This document shows positions 32,160 to 39,283 of a DNA stretch of 44,219 nt, piece by piece. The notes under the pieces were generated by a model. The model was not told the origin of the DNA. It worked only from the letters and a program-made list of their open reading frames with translations, and made no database searches. The stretch comes from an uncultured Eubacteriales bacterium. GTDB lineage: Bacteria; Bacillota; Clostridia; Christensenellales; Aristaeellaceae. Location: the NCBI GenBank assembly GCA_902773515.1, contig CACYET010000001.1, forward strand, positions 1-44,219, written 5' to 3'. The translations under genes were made by a program, and so were the position numbers. The stretch's first letter is position 1. Each line of letters begins with the position of its first letter.

Positions 32160-33923
32160 ATGAAGAAACTGCTTTCCATCGTCCTCGCCGCCATACTGGT
32201 GCTGGCGCTCGGCGCGCTGGCCGAGGACGGCAAGATCACCTCGACCGGCGTCGGCCAGGGCATCGACGGAGACGTGAAGGTGCAGGTCGTCGCCGACGCC
32301 ACCACGATCTATTCCGTGGAGGTGCTCGAACAGAACGAGACGCCCGGCATCGGCTCCGTGGCCGTGGAACAGCTGCCCGGCCAGATCGTCGAGGCCAACA
32401 GCATCCTCGTGGACAGCATCTCCGGCGCGACCGTGACCAGCGACGCCATCAAGACGGCGGTGCGCCAGGCGCTCGAGGACGGCGGGCTGGACGTGTCCGT
32501 GTTCGAGGTGGAGCAGGCGGCCGCGGAGGTCGCCGAGAAGACGCCCGAGACGCTGGATTGCGACGTGGTGATCGTCGGCGCGGGCGGCGCGGGCCTGACC
32601 GCGGCGGTGCGCGCCAACCAGGCGGGCGCGAAGGTGCTCGTGCTGGAGAAGATGTCGTTCGTCGGCGGCAACAGCCTGAAGGCCTCCGGCGGCATGAACG
32701 CCGCGGGCACGAAGTTCCAGGAGGCGCTGGGCATCACCGACAGCGGCGTGCGGGAGTTCGTCGAGGACACGATGAACGGCGGCCACATGATCAACGACCT
32801 GGCCCTCGTGGTGACCATGTCGGAAAACAGCTCCGACGCCGTGGACTGGCTCGAATCCATCGGCGCGCCGCTGCCGAAGGTGGCGGCCACCGGCGGCACC
32901 GTGCACAAGTACCTGCACTCCCCGGAGGACGGCAGCCCCGTCGGCGCGTACCTGGTGGCCAAGCTGAACGAGGAAGTCGAGAAGCAGGGCATCCAGGTCA
33001 TGCTGAACACGAAGGCCACCGAGATCCTGACGGACGAGGGCTGCGCGGTGGGCGTGAAGGCCGAGGACGCCGAGCACGAATACACCATCAACGCCCACGC
33101 GGTCATACTCGCCACCGGCGGCTTCGGCTCGAACTTTGAGCTGATGACCAGCTTCAACCCGAGCCTGGCCAACGCGGTGACCACCAACCATCCCGGCGCC
33201 ACCGGCGACGGCATCCTGATGGCCGAGGCCATCGGCGCCGCCACCGTGGACATGGACCGCATCCAGCTGCATCCCACCGTGTACCAGGAGACCAGCACGC
33301 TGGTCTCGGAGAAGATGCGCTCGCTGGGCGCGATCCTGGTCAACCAGGAGGGCAAGCGCTTCTGCAACGACCTGTCCACCCGCGACGCCGTCTCCGCGGC
33401 GGAGCTGGAGCAGACCGGCGGCTACGCCTACATCATCTTCGACCAGAACCTGGTGGACCAGAACAAGTCCGCCAAGGAGTACATCAGCAAGGGCATGACC
33501 TCCACCGGCGAGACCTACGAGGAGCTGGCGAAGAACATGGGCCTCGAGGGCGACGCCGTGGCGGCCTTTGAAGAGACCATGGCCACCTGGAACGAGGCCG
33601 TGGCCACCGGCGAGGACAAGGAGTTCGGCCGCAACAACGGCATGGACGCCGACCTGTCCACCGCGCCCTACTACGCCATCAAGATCGCCCCCGGCATCCA
33701 CCACACGATGGGCGGCATCAAGATCGACACCGCCACGCAGGTGCTCGACACCGAAGGCAACGTGATCCCCGGCCTGTACGCGGCCGGCGAGACCACCGGC
33801 GGCGTGCACGGCGGCAACCGCATCGGCGGCAACGCCGTGTGCGACTTCGTGGTGTTCGGCCGCATCGCCGGCGAGAAGGCCGCGGCGTACGCGGAGACCT
33901 TCGCCCTGCAACCGGCGGCGTAA
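32160..33923 (+). CDS. Secreted flavoprotein reductase: FMN_bind (flavinylation) domain plus an FAD-dependent fumarate/urocanate-reductase-family catalytic domain
   Basis: Signal peptide MKKLLSIVLAAILVLALGALA. FMN_bind with DSISGATVTS (32421-32432). FAD fold DVVIVGAGGAGLTAA; HHTMGGI; GLYAAGETTGGVHGGNRIGGNA. Confidence 0.9.
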   Translation: MKKLLSIVLAAILVLALGALAEDGKITSTGVGQGIDGDVKVQVVADATTIYSVEVLEQNETPGIGSVAVEQLPGQIVEANSILVDSISGATVTSDAIKTAVRQALEDGGLDVSVFEVEQAAAEVAEKTPETLDCDVVIVGAGGAGLTAAVRANQAGAKVLVLEKMSFVGGNSLKASGGMNAAGTKFQEALGITDSGVREFVEDTMNGGHMINDLALVVTMSENSSDAVDWLESIGAPLPKVAATGGTVHKYLHSPEDGSPVGAYLVAKLNEEVEKQGIQVMLNTKATEILTDEGCAVGVKAEDAEHEYTINAHAVILATGGFGSNFELMTSFNPSLANAVTTNHPGATGDGILMAEAIGAATVDMDRIQLHPTVYQETSTLVSEKMRSLGAILVNQEGKRFCNDLSTRDAVSAAELEQTGGYAYIIFDQNLVDQNKSAKEYISKGMTSTGETYEELAKNMGLEGDAVAAFEETMATWNEAVATGEDKEFGRNNGMDADLSTAPYYAIKIAPGIHHTMGGIKIDTATQVLDTEGNVIPGLYAAGETTGGVHGGNRIGGNAVCDFVVFGRIAGEKAAAYAETFALQPAA

Positions 33924-33935
33924 AACCAGTCATGA

Positions 33936-33976
33936 CCCCCGCCCGGGCGAGCCGCGCACGCGGCTCGCCCGGGGGT
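33936..33976 (+). terminator. GC-rich hairpin after the reductase gene
   Basis: cccgggcgagccgcg-cac-gcggctcgcccggg. No clear T-run follows. Confidence 0.5.
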
Positions 33977-33989
33977 GTCACTTGATCCG

Positions 33990-34058
33990 GAAAGATTCTT
34001 CGCTTCGCTCAGAATGACACATCATGCCCGTCATCCTGAGCGGAGCGAAGGATCTTTC
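33990..34058. repeat. Family B palindromic element
   Basis: gaaagattcttcgcttcgctcagaatgaca...cgtcatcctgagcggagcgaaggatctttc. Confidence 0.9.
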
Positions 34059-34100
34059 TTCATTTCATCTAATAAAGCCATTTTTGCCTGTTAATTGTCG

Positions 34101-34129
34101 TTTACAAACCGCGATTAATATGTTAAAAT
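34101..34129 (+). promoter_or_regulatory. Candidate rnf operon promoter
   Basis: TTTACA 34101-34106, 17 nt, TAAAAT 34124-34129, in an AT-rich patch about 75 nt upstream of rnfC. Confidence 0.55.
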
Positions 34130-34203
34130 AATCGTGATACACTGTGTGCCGTCTATGCGCGACGGCGCGCGAGACCAAAAACATATGTGGAGGGGAGTCG
34201 AGA

Positions 34204-35556
34204 ATGGTGAAGCGCACCTTTCGCGGCGGCGTTCATCCCGACGGTCACAAGGAGCTGAGCCGGGAAGTGCCTCTGCGCGAATTCCTGCCGGCGGGAGAAA
34301 TGGTGTTCCCGCTGTCCCAGCACATCGGCAAGCCCGCCAAGCCCATCGTGAAGAAGGGCGACGCGGTGCTGGTCGGCCAGAGGATCGCGGAGGCGGACGG
34401 CTATGTGTCCGCGCACATCGCGTCCTCCTGCTCCGGCGTGGTCAAGGCCATCGAGAAGCGCCTGACGCTCATGGGCGCGTTGGCGGACTGCATCGTGGTG
34501 GAGAACGACGGCCAGTTCACGCCCGCCGAGGGCTTCGGCGAGCGCGAGGAGCAGGCGAGCCTGTCCAACGACGAGATCCTTCGCCGCATACAGGACGCCG
34601 GCGTGGTGGGCCTGGGCGGCGCGGGCTTCCCGACCCACGTGAAGCTCAAGCCGAAGGACCCCGCGGCCATCCGCTACGTCATCGCCAACGGCGCGGAGTG
34701 CGAGCCCTACCTGACCTGCAACGATCAATTGATGCGCGTCAAGGCGAACGAGATCGTGGAGGGGCTGGAGCTGGTGCTGCAGCTGTTCCCGAACGCCGAG
34801 GGCGTGATCGGCATCGAGGACAACAAGCCGGTGGCCATCGCCGCGATGAAGCAGGCCGCTCACGGCAAGCCCCGCCTGCGCGTGATGGAGCTGCAGACGA
34901 AGTACCCGCAGGGCGGCGAGCGCAGCCTGATCCAGGTGATCGCCGGGGTGGACTTCCCCATCTCGATGCTCCCGGCGGACGTGGGCTGCGTGGTGGACAA
35001 CGTGGGCACGCTCTACGCCATCCAGCGCGCCGTGCTCTACCGCGAGCCGCTGTTTTCCCAGTGCTTTACGCTCACCGGCGAGGCCGCGAAGAACCCCGGC
35101 AACTTCATCGTCCGCGACGGCACCTCGTTTGCGGAGCTGCTCGAGTTCGCGGGCGGCCTGAAGGACGGCGTGACGCTTAAAAAGGCGCTGGTCGGCGGCC
35201 CGATGATGGGCATCGCGCTGGGCAGCCTGGACGTGCCGATCCAGAAGCAGAACAACGGCCTGACGCTGATGGACGAGGACCCCGTGGAGCTGGCCGAGGC
35301 CCAGATGACGGCCTGCCTGCGCTGCGGGCGCTGCGCGAAGGTCTGTCCCGTGGGCCTGCTGCCCGAGCCGATGGCCGACGCCGCGCTCAGCAAGGACTAC
35401 GAGCGCTATGAAAAGAAGCTCTACGGCCTGGAGTGCATCCAGTGCGGCAGCTGCACCTACAACTGCCCGGCCAAGCGCCCCCTGATGCAGATCTTCAAGG
35501 AGGCCAAATCTGAAATACAGGCGCGCAAGCGCGCAGAGGCGGGAGGCACAAAATGA
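34204..35556 (+). CDS. rnfC: Rnf complex subunit C (NADH-binding/FMN, 2x[4Fe-4S])
   Basis: MVKRTFRGGVHPDGHKELS...GLGGAGFPTHVKL...ANGAECEPYLTCNDQLM...CLRCGRCAKVCP...CIQCGSCTYNCP. RBS GGAGGGGAG. Confidence 0.95.
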   Translation: MVKRTFRGGVHPDGHKELSREVPLREFLPAGEMVFPLSQHIGKPAKPIVKKGDAVLVGQRIAEADGYVSAHIASSCSGVVKAIEKRLTLMGALADCIVVENDGQFTPAEGFGEREEQASLSNDEILRRIQDAGVVGLGGAGFPTHVKLKPKDPAAIRYVIANGAECEPYLTCNDQLMRVKANEIVEGLELVLQLFPNAEGVIGIEDNKPVAIAAMKQAAHGKPRLRVMELQTKYPQGGERSLIQVIAGVDFPISMLPADVGCVVDNVGTLYAIQRAVLYREPLFSQCFTLTGEAAKNPGNFIVRDGTSFAELLEFAGGLKDGVTLKKALVGGPMMGIALGSLDVPIQKQNNGLTLMDEDPVELAEAQMTACLRCGRCAKVCPVGLLPEPMADAALSKDYERYEKKLYGLECIQCGSCTYNCPAKRPLMQIFKEAKSEIQARKRAEAGGTK

Positions 35557-37133
35557 ACAACGCGCTGAATATCTCCTCCAGCCCCCATGTAAGGGACAAG
35601 CGCACGACCGCGTACATGATGCGCGTCGTGCTGCTGGCGCTGATGCCCGCGACGGTCGTGGGCGTATGCAACTACGGCCTGCACGCGCTGCTGGTGGTGC
35701 TGGTAAGCGTCGCCGCGGCGGTGCTGAGCGAATTCGCGTTTGACAAGCTCTGCCACAAGCCGGACACCTGGAAGGACGGCAGCGCGGCGGTCACGGGCCT
35801 TCTGCTGGCGCTGTGCCTGTCGCCCCGGGTGCCGCTGACGATGCCGCTGCTGGGCAGCATGTTCGCGATCCTGATCGCCAAGTGCTGCTTCGGCGGCCTG
35901 GGCAAGAACTTCATCAACCCCGCCCTGGCCGGTCGGTGCTTCCTGCTGATCTCGTTCGGCAACCTGATGTCCACCTACAGAGTCGTAGACGGCGTGACCG
36001 CGGCCACCCCGGTGGCGGACCTGCTGGCCGGGAACCCGGTCAACGTCACGCGGATGTTCCTGGGCACCACGTCCGGCGTCATCGGCAGCTCCGCGCTGGC
36101 GCTGCTGGCGGGCGGCCTGGCGCTGTGGGCCCTGCAGATCATCCACGGCGAGATCTGCTTCTCGGTGCTGGGCACGTTCATACTGACGGTCGGGCTGTTC
36201 GGCGGCCAGGGCTTTGACCCCCGCTTCATCCTCGCCCACATCAGCGGCGGCGGCGTGCTGATGGCCGCGTTCTTCATGGCCACCGACTACGTCACCTCCC
36301 CCGCCACCCCGCTGGGCCAGCTGGTGTACGGCCTGCTGATCGGATTCCTCGGCGGCATCTTCCGCCTGTTCAGCGGCACCGCCGACTCCTTCAGCTACTG
36401 CGTGATCACCGGCAACCTGTTCGTGCCGCTGATCGACACCTATATCGTCTCCAAGCCCTACGCCTACCGGAAGGTCTCGCTGCTCAAGCAGCTGCGGGCC
36501 TCCGGCGAGCCCTGGTACAAGCGCGTGCCGCGCCCGGTGATCGTGCTGACGGCCATCGCCGCCATCGCGGGCCTGGCGCTCTCCGGCGTCTACTTCATGA
36601 CCAAGGACACCATCGACAACCAGAAGCGCGCCGCGCAGGCCGCCTCCTACAAGGCGGTGTGCCCGCTGGCGGACCACTTTGAGGCCGACGAAACCATCGA
36701 CAAGGCCGTGGCCGACCTGAACGGCGCCGTGTACGGCACCGACTTCGGGCGCGCCCACATCAACGAGGGCTTTGCGGCCCTGGACGAGGGCGGCAACAAC
36801 GTCGGCTACGCCTTCAGCGTCACCAGCGCCGACGGCTTTGACGGCAACGTCACGCTGGCCGTGGGCGTGGACAATGAAGGCGCGGTGACGGGCATCTCCT
36901 TCACCGAGCTGAACGAGACCCCCGGCATGGGCATGCGCGTGGACGAGCCGGAGTTCAAGGACCAGTTCACCGGCAAGGCCGTGTCGAAGTTCACGCTGAA
37001 CAAGGCGGGCGGCTCCACCGCGGACGATCAGATCGACAGCGTCTCCGGCGCGTCCACCACGTCCGGCGCGGTGGTCAACGCCGTCAACGCCGCCCTCGAC
37101 TTCTACAACAACACGGTGAAGGGGGGAGCCTGA
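35553..37133 (+). CDS. rnfD: Fused Rnf subunits D and G in one 526-aa ORF
   Basis: aa 1-~315 are RnfD (SSSPHVRD...GKNFINPALAGR...FFMATDYVTSP...VPLID). A TM helix VIVLTAIAAIAGLALSGVYF follows, then an RnfG FMN_bind domain ending DSVSGASTTS (37044-37055). There is no stop between the two parts. Confidence 0.88.
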   Translation: MNNALNISSSPHVRDKRTTAYMMRVVLLALMPATVVGVCNYGLHALLVVLVSVAAAVLSEFAFDKLCHKPDTWKDGSAAVTGLLLALCLSPRVPLTMPLLGSMFAILIAKCCFGGLGKNFINPALAGRCFLLISFGNLMSTYRVVDGVTAATPVADLLAGNPVNVTRMFLGTTSGVIGSSALALLAGGLALWALQIIHGEICFSVLGTFILTVGLFGGQGFDPRFILAHISGGGVLMAAFFMATDYVTSPATPLGQLVYGLLIGFLGGIFRLFSGTADSFSYCVITGNLFVPLIDTYIVSKPYAYRKVSLLKQLRASGEPWYKRVPRPVIVLTAIAAIAGLALSGVYFMTKDTIDNQKRAAQAASYKAVCPLADHFEADETIDKAVADLNGAVYGTDFGRAHINEGFAALDEGGNNVGYAFSVTSADGFDGNVTLAVGVDNEGAVTGISFTELNETPGMGMRVDEPEFKDQFTGKAVSKFTLNKAGGSTADDQIDSVSGASTTSGAVVNAVNAALDFYNNTVKGGA

Positions 37134-37134
37134 G

Positions 37135-37818
37135 ATGAACAAGTACGTTGAACGCCTCTACAACGGCGTGGTGAAGGAGAACCCCACGCTGATCCTGATG
37201 CTGGGCATGTGCCCCACGCTGGCGGTGTCCACCCGGGCCATGAACGGCATCGGCATGGGCCTGTCCACGATGGCGGTGCTGATCCTGTCCAACCTGGTGA
37301 TCAGCCTGCTGCGCAAGGTGATCCCGGACGAGGTGCGCCTGCCGGCCTACATCGTGGTGGTGGCCTCGCTGGTGACGGTGACGGAGCTGCTGATCGAGGC
37401 CTACCTGCCCTCGCTGTACGAGGCGCTGGGCATCTACATCCCGCTGATCGTCGTCAACTGCATCATCCTGGGCCGCGCCGAGGCCTACGCCAACAAGCAC
37501 ACGCCGCTCTTGTCCGTGATGGACGGCATCGGCATGGGCATCGGCTTCACGCTGGCGCTGACGCTGGCGGGCCTGATCCGCGAGCTGCTGGGCAACGGCA
37601 CCGCCTTCGGCGCGCAGATCCTGCCCAGCGGCATCGACCCCATCGGCATCTTCGTGCAGCCTCCGGGAGCCTTCCTGGTGCTGGCGCTGATCATCGCCGT
37701 GATGAACGCCATCGGCATCAAGTCCCGCCAGCGCGACCTGGTGGACGTGGGCTGTGACGGCGTGTGCGCGCGCTGCACCGCCGAGTGCAAAAAGTCCGGG
37801 GAGGTGAACGCCAAGTGA
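37135..37818 (+). CDS. rnfE: Rnf complex subunit E with a Cys-rich C-terminal tail
   Basis: ENPTLILMLGMCPTLAVS...GIYIPLIVVNCIILGRAEA; tail GCDGVCARCTAEC. Confidence 0.93.
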   Translation: MNKYVERLYNGVVKENPTLILMLGMCPTLAVSTRAMNGIGMGLSTMAVLILSNLVISLLRKVIPDEVRLPAYIVVVASLVTVTELLIEAYLPSLYEALGIYIPLIVVNCIILGRAEAYANKHTPLLSVMDGIGMGIGFTLALTLAGLIRELLGNGTAFGAQILPSGIDPIGIFVQPPGAFLVLALIIAVMNAIGIKSRQRDLVDVGCDGVCARCTAECKKSGEVNAK

Positions 37819-38393
37819 AGAGCCTGATACTGATCATCATCACCGGCGCTCTGATCAACAACGTGGTGCTCAATCAGTTCCTGGGCATCTGTTCGTTCCT
37901 GGGCGTCTCCAAGCAGATGAAGGCCTCGGCCTCGCTGGGCGGCGCGGTGATATTCGTCATCACGATCGCCTCCGCGGTCGCGAGCCTGCTGTACGACTAT
38001 GTGCTCGCGCCCCTGGGCATGGACTTCATGAAGACCATCGTGTTCATACTGGTCATCGCGGCGCTGGTGCAGATCGTGGAGATGTTCCTGAAGAAGACGT
38101 CCCCCGGCGTGTACAAGGCGCTGGGCATCTACCTGCCGCTGATCACCACGAACTGCGCCGTGCTGGGCGTGGCGCTGACCAACGTGCAGGACGGCTACAA
38201 CTTCATCGAAAGCGTGTTTTCCGGCTTCGGCACGGCCGTGGGCTTCACCCTCGCCATCGTGCTGCTGGCCAGCATCCGCTCCCGCATCCGCGAGGAGGAC
38301 ATCCCCGCCCCGCTGCGCGGCGCGCCGATCGTGCTGATCTCCGCGGCGCTGATGTCCATCGCCTTCATGGGCTTCTCCGGCCTGTCGTTCTGA
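37815..38393 (+). CDS. rnfA: Rnf complex subunit A
   Basis: GTG start overlaps the rnfE stop (GTGA) after GGGGAGG. NNVVLNQFLGICSFLGVS...GIYLPLITTNCAVLG. Confidence 0.9.
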   Translation: MKSLILIIITGALINNVVLNQFLGICSFLGVSKQMKASASLGGAVIFVITIASAVASLLYDYVLAPLGMDFMKTIVFILVIAALVQIVEMFLKKTSPGVYKALGIYLPLITTNCAVLGVALTNVQDGYNFIESVFSGFGTAVGFTLAIVLLASIRSRIREEDIPAPLRGAPIVLISAALMSIAFMGFSGLSF

Positions 38394-38406
38394 TGGAGGG
38401 ATCATC

Positions 38407-39201
38407 ATGCAGATCATAATCATTACAACGCTGGTGATCGCCGTCATCGGCATCGTGGTCGGCGCCGGACTGGTGTTTACCGGCAAGAAATTCCACGTGG
38501 ACGTAGATGAGCGCGAGAGCGCCGTGCGGGAATGCCTGCCCGGCAACAACTGCGGCGCGTGCGGCTACGCGGGCTGCGACGCACTGGCGGCGGCCATCGC
38601 CGCCGGGAACGCCTCGGTCAACGCCTGCCCGGTGGGCGGCGCGCCCGTGGCCCAGAAGATCGGCGAGATCATGGGCCAGAGCGCCGAGGCCGTGGAGGGC
38701 AAGGTCGCGTTCGTGCGCTGCAAGGGCAGCTGCGACGTGACCCACAACCAGGGCAACTACGTGGGCATGGACTGCCGAAGCGCGGTGCTCGCGGGCCTGA
38801 ACGTCACCGACTGCACCTACGGCTGCCTGGGCTTCGGCTCCTGCGCGGCGGTCTGCCCGCAGGACGCCATCCGCGTGGTGGACGGCGTGGCCATGGTCGT
38901 GCGCAAGAAGTGCGTGGGCTGCGGGCTGTGCGTCAAGGCGTGCCCGAGGGGCCTGATCGAGCTGGTGCCCGCGTCGAAGCGCGTGATCGTGCAGTGCTCC
39001 AACAAGGACCGGGGGCCGCAGGTCAAGAAGGTCTGCTCCGCCGGCTGCATCGGCTGCATGCTGTGCACCCGCCAGTGCGAATCCGACGCCATCCACGTGT
39101 CGAACAACCTGGCCAGCATCCAGTACGAGAACTGCACCCAGTGCGGCAAGTGCGCCGAGAAGTGCCCCGTCAAAGTCATCACCCCGCCGCCGGGCGTCTG
39201 A
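38407..39201 (+). CDS. rnfB: Rnf complex subunit B (membrane-anchored polyferredoxin)
   Basis: N-terminal TM helix, CLPGNNCGACGYAGCDALA, then several CxxCxxCxxxCP clusters. Confidence 0.93.
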   Translation: MQIIIITTLVIAVIGIVVGAGLVFTGKKFHVDVDERESAVRECLPGNNCGACGYAGCDALAAAIAAGNASVNACPVGGAPVAQKIGEIMGQSAEAVEGKVAFVRCKGSCDVTHNQGNYVGMDCRSAVLAGLNVTDCTYGCLGFGSCAAVCPQDAIRVVDGVAMVVRKKCVGCGLCVKACPRGLIELVPASKRVIVQCSNKDRGPQVKKVCSAGCIGCMLCTRQCESDAIHVSNNLASIQYENCTQCGKCAEKCPVKVITPPPGV

Positions 39202-39283
39202 TCGGCTGATAAAGCGTCCGGCAAATATCCGCGTCCGGGGCGTAAACCCGCCCGGACCGACATGAAGAAGGGATGATATAGTA

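Noticed and set aside
39202-39283. Terminator between rnfB and nrfA (GTCCGGG-n11-CCCGGAC)
   Set aside because: It has a 7-bp stem, a large loop and no T-run, so it is not convincing as an intrinsic terminator. It is treated as compatible with read-through, to be tested experimentally.
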